Below, piece after piece: positions 39,201 to 54,200 of a DNA stretch of 64,000 nt. Below the pieces are notes generated by a model. It had not been told where the DNA came from and did not search any database. It saw only the letters and a list, made by a program, of their open reading frames with translations. The position numbers and the translations under genes are program-made. Origin of the DNA: Phoronis australis (lineage: Eukaryota; Animalia; Phoronida); the NCBI GenBank assembly GCA_002633005.1, contig NMRA01000249.1:502890-566889 (forward strand). Direction: 5' to 3'. The first letter of the stretch is position 1, and each line of letters opens with the position of its first letter.

Positions 39201-42200
39201 TATTGTTTTAATTAATTTGTTCTCAGTTTCTGGTTTTGCTGCGCTTCTTGTGTTGTAAAGTGGATAAAGCACGCTACGTTTAGAAAAAGCTGCCATGCAC
39301 ACCTGTCCAGTTCAGCTTACACTGTACATTGTACACTGTGTGCTGTGGAGTGTACACTGTACAAAGTACACATACTACATTTTTGTCAAGTCCGCGTTTT
39401 AAAACAAAATGAAGGAGAAACATAATGAAGTACGTGAACTAACAGTTCACGTTTTTCAATAAATAATAGTATTAGATCCCACCAGCATTCTCTGATTGCA
39501 AGCAATACAATCATTTGGAATGAAGCCTCAGCATGGTCCCAGAGATGCAGTAAATCTTAGCTGATGGAGGCTAAGTCCAGAGGTGTTATTAGTGTTTTGG
39601 CATTGGGTAGTGTCAGGTCAAGTTTCCCCTATGAACTCTGCACTGTAGCCTCTTAAGAATTCCTATTTTGCTTGCCTCCTATTGTAGCCCACAGCCGATG
39701 TACCAGTTCTGCTGCAGAACCGTCAAAATGGTCTTCAGAACCCCTATAACAACACACTGGATGTCCCACCTCAACTCAGAAATGTACCACAAGCCAACGA
39801 CCTCCTACCTGCACCATATGATCCAAAGTAAAGCTCAGCTACTCACTTTATTGTTATTGACTATGTGACGTCCTTTTAGTTATCAAATGATCAATCCATT
39901 TGTCATAGGTTAAATGACTTGTACAATAATGTTACCTTATCAGAAACTCTCTGTATTTATCCAGCTATATTCACTAGATATTAATTTGGCGTCGCCTTCA
40001 TTTTGTTCAAAATCCAAAAATTAATGTCAGATCTCTTTCATTAAATGTAATGTTAACAGTATAAGGTGTGTCTGTCTGCTGAGACCTATCTGGCCCATGT
40101 TGCCCCTGGGAGACTTTGAAAAGATACTAAAAATGTAGTCAAACTTATATTTGATCAAAATTTTGTGACTTCAGCAAGAGTTATATTGAATGACTATGTA
40201 AAAATTGTTGATGAACTTTTTGTTTTTCACTAACTGTTCAGTGCTGGATTTGTCATCTTCTACGACTTCATTGGGGGATTGGATTCATCGATCAAGTGCT
40301 GCCGTCTTGTGGCGGGGCTCTACAACAACACCTCAGATCTGGGCGATCCCTCCGTGCTCCCCACAGTGTACACTGAACCATCTCAGATAGACAGATACCA
40401 ATCGTGCAACATGGCCCTGGTTGGAGCTAAGCAACCTGTGCCTCAGTGAGTCCTGTGATAGTAATGTAACAGAGCATTCAATTTGTTCAATTGGCAGGAC
40501 TACATATTTACTTATAGGCATTGTGCAATGGAAATAATGGTTGTAAAAATGCAACATATCTGTAATTGACTATTATGACTGCTCTTGGTAGTGATAATTG
40601 CGGCTTTCATTTCTCCCTGTGTTCAGCTGACTAAAAACAAAATTGAATAATGCCCTTTACTCTGGAGTCATAAATTGATCTTGTGATAGTCTTTGCCATG
40701 GTAGGATTCCATTTCAGTGACCAAACTTAAGTCTTGGGGAATTTGTAAATGATGCCATTTTCAAATTCGCAATTTTAGGGTTGACCAACCCTGTAAATTA
40801 CGAAGCATCTACCTCAATCATTGAATGGTATTTTCGATGTTCTTGTGGGTTGTGCTAAAGAATCGTATCTTGTTAAGGAATATTATGAGACCGATGAAAG
40901 CCCAATTCGATGTTGTTCAGTTCATCAAGGCAAAATGCAGCGTTATTTTAGTTAAATAAATTAACTTTATTGTCTGTCTGAAGTACTTTTATGTGAGATT
41001 TTATTTTGAATTTTCTGAGCGAAAACTGTAAATTCTTCTTGACATATCTAATCAATCTTTGAATTGTTTGCGTTCTCTGCACTGTCAAGCATTATCTAAA
41101 TAAAGTACATTGTAGTAGTAGTGTAGACGTCCATGTCAGAGCTGATGATGGCAGTTCATCGCTTAGGAACATTTTGTACACATTTGTATGGTGCTTCTGT
41201 TTTGACCCAATTAAGTCTCACGGGGATGCTAACTTACTCTAGTCCTCCAAGCACAACCGCTGGTATAAATTTACAAAATTCTTATGATGTGATACTTATC
41301 GATTTGACCTGTCAACAGGTGCCCACCGTCCTTGGATCTCTGTATCGTTGTGGAACTCCAAGTGTCTGGTGACTCTAGCTATGACCCTAACCGCCTGGTC
41401 AGCCGTGCCTGGTGTAAGATTGACTTGTTCGACGACCACAGTCGGGTTGTCAGTGGACGATGGAGGGTGCCGTTTCGTGTTGTCCCCATCAGGGCTAGCC
41501 TACCACCCAGCCAGCTTAACAGTGTACCTCAGGTATGCTAGTCAATAGTACTGATTAAGGCATCGTTCCCAACTGTGACCACCTGGTGTTGCATACACGC
41601 AATTCCGTTAATAGACTTTCCCAAATGGCCAGCTTACTTTCTCAAATGTGGTTTAAATTCCTGAGTAAAACGCAAGTGGCAGTTGGGCTGGTGACATGCA
41701 ATTTCACTCATACACATAAACCTAAGTGTTAACATTAAGATAAGAGTTAAAAATTGTTTCACAGGCTCGACGAATTTTGGCAGTTGTGGGAATTGGTTTA
41801 AAAATGCTCTTCACTATATTCTGTCAAAGAAGTTAATATGTGAAATAAATAACATAATTATAAGGTGGTAGCTTCGTCATGTTTTACCCCACTCGTTATT
41901 GAACAAATTTTGTCGCTGAAATTAGTATGGCGACCATCAAATAAAATGCAATGTCCACTCCCTTTCAGTATGGTATCGCTGAACTATTCTACCGTGTTGT
42001 CAACCATCGCGATGCTGCCAATCAATCTATGGTCAACATCACACCACAGAACTGTGTATTGCACCAGTACCCTCCCCAGGTAAGGGTCAACCGTATTCTG
42101 CGCAGATACCCTAACCAAATCAGGGTCAATTACTCATAACTATTTTGTTCCAGACATCTGTGTTACTCTTCAAGGGACATCTTCTTCTTTCCTACTACCA

Positions 42201-45200
42201 AAACACATTGTTATATTCCCACTGGTTCTTCACCAAATGTTTTTCTTAATACTTTTCCGTACCTGCGCACACAATGATCACAACTCACAAACGAGTGGTG
42301 AAGTATTATGAATTTGGAGACAGTCTCTCACTTGCTTTTGGATCAGGAAACTAACAGTTAACATGGAGCAAATAAGGACATTTTATTTTAATCAGTCGAT
42401 GGCATGCGTTTATGCAGTGGATGGGAAGGAAATGTCCCTCTAGATAACGATTTGTTCAGCAATGATCATAGCCATTTTGAGGGAATATGGTTTTGTTGAC
42501 CTCTGAGCGCAATGTTTGTAACTATCGGCTTTCTTTGTTAAATGAAAAAAGGTTTCTTGACTTGCAACCAGACTATTCATTTCTTTGTCAGTCAAGGCTG
42601 TTGGTAGCCACCATCTTGTCTTTTGGGCTGATATTGATGGAGGGATAATGGACGTTCTGTTTGACATGGTTTGAAATTTTTACGATTGTTCAACATTGGG
42701 AAGCTGTTAGTAATAATTGCTAGTTTTAACTGCACCAACTACACACCATGACTAACATCAGGAAGATATTAAATTAAAGTATGGGATTGTTGGTACTGGC
42801 CGTAGTGTTGTATTAAATGATTTAAAAACAGCTTCAAGTAGTACAACTGTTGACCAGCAAGGTCAAGGTCTCTTGGTGGGCATATCAGAACTGTGCCTGT
42901 AATAGTTACACACAAGTTGATGTGGAAAATTGAATGTATAAAGCAATTACATTAATCATTAAAAAAAAGCTTTTTTTCTATGTTGACTTCATCACTTTCT
43001 CAAAGCTTGTGGCTGATGGCTATCTTGTAACCAAATTTAAGAATCACTCTTGACTGTATCGACATTTTTCAAAAATGTTCAAAATGTAATTTTTTTGGTG
43101 GCACTATCCCTCCGTCATAAAGAATACTTCGTGAATATTGATTTTCTTCTCCTTTAGAATGATTTTCAACATTACAACACCTTAGAATGTCTGATATGAA
43201 GCCATCACGAGAGAATGCAACTTTGTGTCTTTTGAAAATGTTCCTTATAATGAGTGGCACCTTGAGACGTTGTAATCAGTCGTACTACTTGTCTGGCGAG
43301 TGTACAGTAGTTAACAAAAAGCACGCCTTTTAATGTGCATGAACTACAATGATTGTAAAGCAAGTTGACAGTGTTTGACTCATGATCACCTTTGCACAGT
43401 TTAACATTATGCATGTGTTACTTTCTAGCGACCTCAACAGATGGCAGGCATACATCATTATCCCCCTACCTCTCCCCCCTTCTCCCCTGCTTCCTCTTCC
43501 GCATCAGCCTCCTTCAGGTAGGGGGGGTTAGGGGACAGTCCCTGCTCTAGACAGTCCTCTCATTATCAGATACTCAAGATAAATTACTTTTATTTATTGG
43601 TCAATCATTTTCAGCGAACAAGTCCAGGGTAATATTTAGTTTTCTCTCGCTACTTTCTTTTTTATCTAATTTTCATCTTGTAATAATTATATTTTTCCAA
43701 CATGCTTTAGTCACTTAGTTTGAATGTTTGGTCCTCAAAGTTATCCATTTGCTATTTCTAACTTTAAGCTGCTATACAATGAAATTAATGTTTAACTAGT
43801 AAATTAATGAATCTACTTTGAAAATTCACACTTTCAATTTTAAGTACAGAACCGATGTAGCAATACAATACAGTATTAACCTAAGGGTGTTACAATTTAT
43901 TTTTAAGCCAAGCTCATGTTAACTGAATAGTGCCCATTGTTTTTATTTTATTTAAACATGACATACTTCTTTGTTAAAGAGAAATTTCATATATTTCATG
44001 AAAGTCTAATATCCCCAATGCTACATGATGTGGATTTATGACTAGTCTGCTAACATAGTTTGTAAAGTTTGTTTTGTTTTGGATATTAATTGACAAAATG
44101 GCTTTAGTAATTTCAATTTGCGTGATTAAAGAAATGAGTGTAGAAAAAATCAATTTGTTATTAAAACATGAGAAATTAAATGATACACACCTAAAGTGTG
44201 TTTAGTTTTTCACTGGCTCAATAGCAGTCAAATTCAAGAAGGCCTTCTCCTTTTTGTTTCCGATCGTGCCCTCTCCTGCTAACCCCGACCCTTTCTGTCA
44301 ATAACTTGACCTTTGTCATTTTTCTGAGAGGAGTGTACTGCCATATTTCTCATCAATCAGTGGTGTGTTATTCTAACCTAAGTACATTAAGGTAATTGTA
44401 ACTGAGTGAATAACTACAAACCCACCTCCCGTCACAATTAAGAGTGCCTTTGATTTAGACTACAGTAACTTTGGTTTAGACTGCAGTACCTATTATTTAG
44501 ATTACAGTACTGATATGAAACTCGGCTGAGTTGCTTAGATGCAAGAATCTTGCGAAGGTTAACTAAAGCAATTAACTGAGCTCATTGGCTAAAAGTTACG
44601 CTTTGCTTGTTCTACATGGTGACAATTTGTTTTTTTGTAAATTGAACGTTCTTATATCTAGGCAATGCAGGCCTGGTGTCAAACTAACGCTCCTTTCTCA
44701 AATAAGAAGTGATGCCCAATCCTGGAAAGAACGGATTGTGTTATTTGCTAAGACCAGTTTTGACCACACTGACTTGTCACGGCAGATCACTTTATGTGCC
44801 AATCATGTCAAGCAATAATGAACCTTCAGTTCTTCTCAACCCAAGAACTATTCTCTAGTCACAGTAAGGAACAAGTTGAGACAACTTGTGTTAATTATAA
44901 TTATGTTAAAAGTTAGCTTCATTGACTAAAGGTGGGTGCATAGTTAGCTTTATAGCTTGACCTGGGTTGTGAGATCCCTAGTGTGGGTAGATGTGACTAA
45001 TGTCTCTTTGGTTGGCTTGTAATTTTCCTCCATTTCATCCTGCAAGCTTAGCTCAGACAGTCCTACAAGTGAACAAACTGACCACTTTAAATGTTTCATC
45101 ACTCAAAGTAGTTATGGCGAGATGTGATATACTTTTTTGTAGCCATTTCTTTTTAACCGTAAAGTTCCAGGACATAGAACGTTCCTGTTCAAAGCGAGTT

Positions 45201-48200
45201 TCCATTTCTGTTGACGTCTGTGTACACGTGTCTTACAAGTTTCACTCTTCATCCTCTTCACTCTCTGGTACTTAGAACAAGCACTGCTATAGTATTAAAT
45301 GCTCAGCAACAAATGAATGTACTCTTCAATAAAATTTAGAACTTCAGCAGAACACTTGGAGACTCTGGCAAATTTGGATTAACTTCTTGCCAGATTTGTC
45401 TGGGAGCTTAGTTGAACTTTTGTCACAATTATTGGCATTTTTGTTGGTCAAGTTTAATGTGACATTATTGTGCCTAGCCACTAATGGACTTGTACAGTAA
45501 GTTGTAACTGCAATTTCATCAAGATGAATATATTAGGCAACACCTGTCGAGATTTTGGAAGATTTATCCAGAACTGAAATGGATTATAGTGTAAATTCAT
45601 TTTTTTAGTCCTGGTTTTATGCCTTCTGATCCTTTGTTGAAATTCAACATTGCCCATTTTATTACTACACTGTACATTGCATGTGGTCATTGACTTGTAA
45701 GGCTTGCTATTGTTGACATGTTCCTTCTTAATATGTCTTTGTTGTTTTCACTAACCAGTTATTAGATGGAGTAATTATCAGTCCGTGCTTCATGTACATA
45801 AACTAATTAAGAGATATCACTTACTAAAAGAATTATGATCACTACAAGAATTTCAACAAGTTGCACCATTTTGACATGAAAGCGCCTTCTTCAGTGTGAT
45901 GTGTTAAGCAGGGTAAGGTCTAAGCCATGGTGATGGTTTCATTTCATAATTGATAATTTATAGTCATCTTTACATGATATGTGAAACTGGTAGTGAATTT
46001 TAAAGGCAACACATCACTTATTGCTAGCATTAAACAGACAGTTCAACTGTCTTTAACTAATAGGTGAGTCCTATGTACTGGAAACATGATGGAAAATTTT
46101 AAGCTGGACATGTGTTCACATGGTGACATGCGATTTCATTAATAGTGGCTTACGTGATTGTCATTAAAATAAAATTATGTTTTCTTTAGTTTTTGATTCA
46201 GCAAACAGCACAGTCACTGAACTTCTCTTTATGTTCATTACTTGGATTGCAGTGACTGTGACTCTGGTTTCACAGCCGTCTTGATTTATCCCAGGTTGGA
46301 ACAGTTTTAACCGGATTGCTTACCAATTATTAATAGTTCATAACTTGAATTATTAAATACTCTTCCTGAGAGTCTTAATGTTGCTCACCTCAACACCTTG
46401 TACATGTTTAGGACTACCCTCCCAGTCATGCCCCGACAGCAGCTGACCAATGGTCAAGTGGTCAGAGAGACATCCCGTACTCTTGGCTTCCGAGTAGTCA
46501 GCATCAAGAACGCAGAGGCTGGGGAAGGGAAGATTCGTCTGACCGTGTATTCTAGAAGTACAGGCAACGTATGTTCAATGGCTTTCTTCTGGTTGTACCT
46601 AAAATTTGATTGTTCCAGTTAAATGCTTTTAGAAAGTGTCTGCCAGGAAAACGCACAGAATTTGTTGTGGTGAGATAAAGCTGAGACTCACTTATCCGTG
46701 TGTTTCTGGTTTTAGTCTCTGTTTTTTAGTTTTGGAGATAATTCAGTTGATGACACATTATCTTCACTTTTTTGTTGTTACAGATTATCCAATCAGCATC
46801 AAGTCCCATGACATGTACTACGACATATGTGCAATCGAAATTTAAACACAATTATCACGTGTTCGGGGAACAGGAAGCCGTGTTTAACGGCGTCACTGTG
46901 ACATCGGACATGATTTTAGTAGCAAGGTTTTACTTGCGCCGCGAATTAAATGAAATCAACTCAGGGAATACAGACGTTGGTGCAACTATAGACGAAAGTA
47001 TTGTAGGTGATGAGGTGTTGACTGCTTGGTCAGTTATTCCATTGATGTCAAAGAATTATGGTGGTTATCGAGGTAAGGCTGCCTGATGTGATGGGACAGA
47101 GTTGGAAATCAGTGCTGGAAAACACAGTGCCTCTCTAGCTTTTTAGTGTATAGAGTCATAGGATAGTGTTGGTATTGGTTGTAACGAGTGTTACACAGTA
47201 TTACTCTTTATTACACAATGATAGTTGAATGTTTTGAATGCTAGTGATGACCGGGGGCTTCGGTGTGTTCCGCTGCTCCAGTTTCTCTTCATTGTACTTT
47301 AATCCGACAGCATTGAGATATGAGTAGCCTGAACAATTGAAACATTTGATTTTTCGCCCTTTTTGTGGATGGAAACATTAGCAGTGATGATAGTGTTTCC
47401 TGTGTATACTCTATCAAGCCCCTAAGCTCGCTTTACAATCACAATAGCGTGGAGCATTCAGTCTGCATTGTTTGTAGCTCTGGTAGAATTCAGCCTTTCT
47501 GAAAACTGGTATTATTTAAACAGACAATCTTAACATGATCTGAAAACTGAGATTGAATGAAAGATAATGAGCGGAAACTGCAGAACAGACATTCATGTGA
47601 ATTCTTGTCAAACCTACAAAAAGATTTTACTACACTCTCTGTGGTTGTCAATTACTAATGTTTTTGTGGATATGTGGCGAAATGCACAGACTTTTGAATA
47701 AGATGCTACATAGGCTTAAAAATCTTACTAGATAAATTTGAATTCGGAGTTTTGAGATAAAATTTCAAGGGTTCTTTCCAAGAAAATGAAGTTATTAAAT
47801 TTTGTTTGTTTTTGACTTAAGCCTAAGCTTTGTCTCAACTTCCAAACTTTTAAACTTCCACATCTAGTAAGTTAGTCAAACTTAAGATGAAATTTAAGTA
47901 AAAAACTTTCGTCAAACTTAAGATATCTATCTCGAAACAGACTTGAGACAAATCTAAGTTTTGTCTTAAAATTGACTGAAAATAAGACACTTGTCTTAGC
48001 TAAGTCAGTTTTCTTTAAATCGGGCCCAGACCTGTATGTGACTCTTTCTAGTATGTTCAACCAGTGGCTCCTGAACAACTTGGACTGTTGACAAGTCTGA
48101 CACAGCAACATAAGGGTAAAGAAACAGTTCATGTGTTGCAATTGACTGTTTATTCACCCTTACATTATACTGCATTCTAAGGGAACTGTCTACTGGCATA

Positions 48201-51200
48201 CCTACCTGCTGCACAGTCTGTTATCAAGCTGACCTTTTTCTTTTCAAGGTGCTAAATCCAATGATCCTTCTTGGTTACAATTCAATAAAGGAACTCATTC
48301 ACTCCCCCTGTATTTGCCCCCTGTTCCTGAATCGGACACTTTCCCAGAGGCCAAACAGTTCCAGTCCCGTGAGTGGAGGCGCTATCAACGCGCTACCTTA
48401 CGAGTCCATTTATTCTGTGGTGATAGTCCTTCAAGGTCCCTCACCCCTAGTGAGGCATCTAGCGAAGATGAGGACATCTTTCCAGAGGTGAGTGAACTAT
48501 ATGTCAACTGTCTATTGGTAATTCCATTTTCAGTGAAGCTTTGCCTCTGTCTAAAGCAGCTTACTGATTGCACATCCCTTTGTGAGATGTGATATGAAGC
48601 ATTATGTGTTGTTTTTATGATTTGTTTTATTTGAATGAACTTCAGCCCTGTTATTTATAGCCCTCTTGATAAGTAGGCCATTCAAGACCCAATATAACTG
48701 TGTTTCTATTACTTTCACAGGGGGTCAATGGCATGTCCATGAAGTTTCTAAACAATGACGCAATTTCTTCTCATCGATAATCAGATATGTTTAACATTTA
48801 ATAGATAATGTCCAACTGATTTGAGTATTATTTTTTGTGTCTGGCTTCCTTCAAGGAAGTAAGAAAAAATTCAGTGAGGTTCATGGACCTCTTTGATGAT
48901 TTTCATGAAAGCTGATTGATACAACTTTAAATTTCAGAATTCCTGGATATCATTTTCTCGCCGCATTCACCCAGAGAACCCGTATGAGAACCAAGGCTTT
49001 GATCTCTACATAGATGGCGCTAGGTACCTTCCCGATACAGTGACAATTACCAGGGTGGGTTTTGCCACATATATGATACTTTTTTCATTTTCTGTACCAA
49101 TTAGTTAATCCTCCTTTTGTCAGTTTCTTGGTGGTTTTTATTTTAAAACCTTTGCCATAAAGTACATGAAATAGAAACATAAAATGTCATTTTGTGCTAT
49201 GACTAGACTTTGACTGAGACGCTAACATCCTTATTTGTTCTGCCTCTAGGTAGCAGCACGGTTCCTTAACCGGCACTACGTCATGTATGGGGAGAACATG
49301 GTAACAGGAGTCGACCCCGATAGTTTAATATTCCACCCTGCGTATAACTACAAACATGAAGTGCGATACACAGTACCACCTACCGCAACCCTTGTACTTA
49401 AAGTAAGTTGAAGTGTTTTGGTATTAGCTGTGGATTCTTGTCGCCTAGGAAATTTCTGTTCGACTCAAATTCAAAAGGATGCAATTTGGGGGCTTTTTCG
49501 GATCATGTCGACATTTCAGAGTTCTGCTGCAAAGAAATTCTGAGCAAGCCACCATAAGTTATCAAGGTCAGAACTGGAGAAATGGTTTTAATTTACCAAG
49601 TATTGTGAATCGAATGTGACACTTTGCTTTGATCGAGTTTTAATGGATGACACTGCATTTGTTTCTGTCTGGAAAATTATTGACGCAAGTTTAGCAAAAT
49701 GCTTTCTTGGGTAGCTTTGAAAACTAACTATAGGATGCATGCTGTCTAATGCAATCACCAGTCTTGGAATTTGTGAAAACATTCACTCTGTAGTAAAGGA
49801 TAAGAAATTGCAAGAAATTTACTTTATCTTAAATTGATACACCATTCTGATTGTCGGCTGTTTTCCAATGCTTAATTATTACACCCTACATACTATGTTA
49901 CATTAATTATTACAGCCTACATACTATGTTACATTAATTATTAAATTAATTTGCTGTATTGTAGGTTTACACTATTGACAAATTCACCAAGACACTTGCC
50001 GTGGTAGGGTATGGGTTGCTGAATGTGTTCATTGAGGCTGGCACAGGAAAGGAGTTACCCACAACGTACAAGGAGGGTATTGAGGTAAGATTGATGTCCA
50101 GCTCTGCTAAGTATTTTAAAGTAATTACCAAGAATTTTTATACGCATTAGAAATCTATGATGATTCTTTGATAATTATATTCCAAATACAGAAAAAACAA
50201 TACAGTTGAGATCTAACCAGGATAAAAGATTTCGTCAGAGTAAGATGAAATGCGAAATCCTAGAATTATGAAACTTTTTCATTTTTTTGCCCCTTTAACT
50301 GATCGTAATTTCACACTGAGCTAATATGTTGTTTCAAGCCATGGGTAAAAGGGTGCTTAAACTGGACAGCATGACCTTTTCATATGGTACTCAAGATGGT
50401 TAAAGTTTAGTTTTTGTGGATTCATCTGAAGGCCTTTTATTACCTTTGCATTCATTTGTTATTGTGCGAATTTTCTTCATTTGCGTAGCTCAGTTCTAAA
50501 GCATGTGGATACGATTCTAATGAAGTCTTGTGAAACAATATGTTTCTTGCTTGTGATTTGTGTGGTTATTAGGGAGACTGGGGTAAAGGCAATCTGTGCG
50601 CACTGTCAAAAAGTTTGTAAACTGTTGTCATCTTGACAGAGTAATTTCTTGTGTCTTATGGCTTTGAACACCTTTATCAAAATTTCATCTTTAACCCATA
50701 GGTGGCTCTTAATGAAGGTGCCCATCAAGTGCGGCTTTACAGCGAGGGTCCCAATGGCCTTGACCCTCTTCATCAGACTATTCTGAAAGAGACTGGCATT
50801 CGTCACGTTCCCTGTGCTTCCGTTCTCATAAGGATTGTGCCTGCAGTGCTGGATGACAATGGTGAACCATTACAGGTACATTGTGAAACACTGTCTGGTG
50901 GACGTAAACCTCAAACAGCTGCACTTTACAAGGAAGGTCCGAACAAGGGCAATATGCACTTAATACTTAACTTGTTTTAGTTGTTAATTGCTTTTGTGTT
51001 GTTGATGACTGACCCATCAAAAGCCTTGGTAATATAAAATTATATAACTTAGGTGTTTTAAAACAAGAGGTTTGATTTTTTGCTCTGAAATCGGGAGTCT
51101 TTTCAGACAGTCATATTTTTTTTACTTCATGGAGAAAAAATTATGCAAAACTTCACCTCACCCTATGGCTTTTTGATTGCGGGTGTTTTACCATGAAAAC

Positions 51201-54200
51201 ATTAATATGTACTGTATGGAAAAGTTGCGTGGGAGGGCGTACAGTATACACTAATCTTGAGTTTTATTAAATTCCATTGATTTCTAGAAATTAGTTTGCC
51301 ATTGTGATGTTTCATAAGTCCTGCTCCTTCCATACCACTTGAATTACAAGTAATGGTGAGAGCTGTGATCAACAGATGAAGTAGTTCCTTTAATAAATTT
51401 ATCACAGCAAAAACTGATTACCATTACGCATAAAGTGTGATTTTCTGTGAGTATGAAGTGTGTTAGTTCAAGACAGCAGTCCATGAATTGTGCTCTGCAA
51501 CATGTCACATTTCTCATGTCATTGAATTGACTTCAGGTAATTATTTTAATCCTTAAAATAACAGTCCAACAAAAATATTTTGAAGACCATCTTGAAATCA
51601 ACAGAAAGTGAGTGTCAGTCAAACTGGGGCATGATGGGAAATACGTACACTGAAAATGAGAGTGTAAGTCATATTGAGGCATGATGAGCAATACACTAAA
51701 GCGCATAAACGAACAAATCACCGATATCCCTCTGGTCACATTTACAGGCAGCGGATGTCCCAGAGCACGAGTGGTTGTCCAAAGGCATTCTACGTCCCCG
51801 TCCCGCCTACAATGACAGGGTATACTTCTCAAGCACATGCGCTCCCACAAAAAGCGAGATGAAGCTCTTCCATGCCCATGCAAACAGGCCGGCAATTACG
51901 GTGCGTGATGCCGTCGCCGTTATCACCTCAGGCAACAGGCAGGTTTTGGCATCGGATGACACCATTCAGGAATTTATAGACGTGAGTTGTAGCAAATGAT
52001 GAAACATCTCTGCATATTTAAGTGGTTCAGATATTGATACAAAGCGCTCTAAGGCACACAGGTCAAGTTAATTTATTGCATGGAAAAACGGTGAAGTATC
52101 AAGGATGGCCTACAGTCACCTGTCTTCAACAACATCTTTAAGCTTATACGGTTATAAATCATGTAGAGTTAGCTGTTGGGAAATGGATCTTTGCTGTCTT
52201 GTCAAAAGTTGTTCCCCCAAGTTGTCCATTGCAAAGTTGAGTTCATGATGTGTTCCATCTGGATCACTGCTCATTAGCACAACGCAACCATTCAGTTCAT
52301 CACCGATAGCATTTTTGTGAGAAGTTTACTATAACATTTATTAGTGAAAATATGGTTTAGCCAATGACTAATTTAGAGCATGAAACTTATATGATGTGAA
52401 CTATGGGACAGGTGATCTAATTAAAGGATCTAACAGTGAGACAACTGTAGTCTAATGTGATTTGAGCCCACCATTTTTACAGTCAGGGAAGCTACAACTC
52501 TACCACTATGTCACACTGCCTCCTTGTATGTGACTGTGTATAATTCAGTGACCTGTTCATGTTTGTTTTCAGAAAACCTTGACCCGTCAGTTGGACTTTA
52601 CACCCGACAACCCTAACCTGTCATACATCTCTCGTTACCTGCCCAGGTATGGTTTAAAAGTAGCTGTGGATAGTGCGATGAACCTTCCCTGGTCGAATTT
52701 CACCTACGTGCACATGTGTCTCAATCCACCGGGGGCATTTTATACGGTAATTGTTGGTTGTGAGCATTGATTGATGCTGTGTTTTGTGTCATATAGTTTA
52801 AAATAAAATGTACTTGTTTTTTGGGGGGAATCTGCTTTTTGTTTTTTGGAATCTGCTTTCATTGTCAAAGGCATTTTGGTGTGTGCGGCTAGAATTACCT
52901 GACGTTTTGATCTCCTTGGTAACATAAAAAATTAACACTGTGGCATTATATTCTGAAGATATTTTTTAAAGTATGTGGTATTTTGATTGTTGTAAAATGT
53001 TCTCTTCATTAAGTTGATAGCACAGTAAATTTATAAAATTATTATTTTTCTCCAATTTCAAATTGAGAATTTTACTTATTATTTCCATTGAATATTTTTA
53101 TAATTATAATACTAATTCCTGAAATGTTGCTTATCAGGTATAGCGATTTGATATAACAAACAATTAAGATTGTAAATTTTACATATTAGTTTACTAATTA
53201 CACTGTTTTGTGCTAGCCTGACCCTGAACACTCACGAACGTAGTCCTAAGTTTATATAGTAATTTTTGAGATTTATGGAATAAAAAGTACCCCTAGTCCA
53301 TTAGTTCCCAGTAAAACGATTTCCCGGTGCTCATTTTTTTTAAATTTTGGAACAACCTGTATCAATGAGGAACTATGTTCACGAGTTTAAGATGTGTTGT
53401 GTCCACCCCTTGTTCGCGGGCTTCTGGGATTGAAAAAAATCCTGGGTTTGAGTTGACAAACTGATATATTGTCAAACTGAAATGGTGCACTACATGAAAT
53501 AGCGTAGAAATGGCATGTTGTGAGATAGTACTTATAATTATCACTCAGACACATTCTCTGTCAGATGAATTAAGCAGCTCATAAGTTTGTAACCAAAGAA
53601 TTGCTACAGATTGATGGCTTTAATTTAGTTTGAGTAAACCGTCTTTGTTGTATTTTGCAGGGAGTCCCTAACGCAAGCTATGACAAGCCAGTCTTTACTC
53701 AGAAACTTGACTTGGACAGCAATAACAGGTGTCCTAGATGGAGAGATGGCTTCTTTGTGAGTACTGTGTCCAGGTGTCAACGGCATCTTTGGGATAAAAT
53801 GTTAAGATTGGAGACATTGTGTGAAAATTCTCTAGTAACATTTTTGTGCTGTTTGCTAAAGAAGTTCTTGTTTTGTGCACTGAAGCTACCTAGCTTTTTA
53901 GAAACTTTGTTCTGATGTTACAGGTGTTATGTTGAACATTGTTTCATTGGTACAATATTGACTATTTTGAAATTGCTGCAGTGGTAATATATTCCAAGGG
54001 AAGATAAATTGTTTGTTCATGGTATACTCTGAAAAATTGTTAAATTTGAATGTGGAATGTATTTCTTTTCAATGACTGCTGTTTTAATGCTCCGGAGCTT
54101 CAGAAAAGCACTGATAGATCAAGATATAGGGAAAATTGAGACCTAACATTAGTGCCATTGTGTTAAAGGGAACTGAAACATCAATCGTTTTTTTTTTCAG

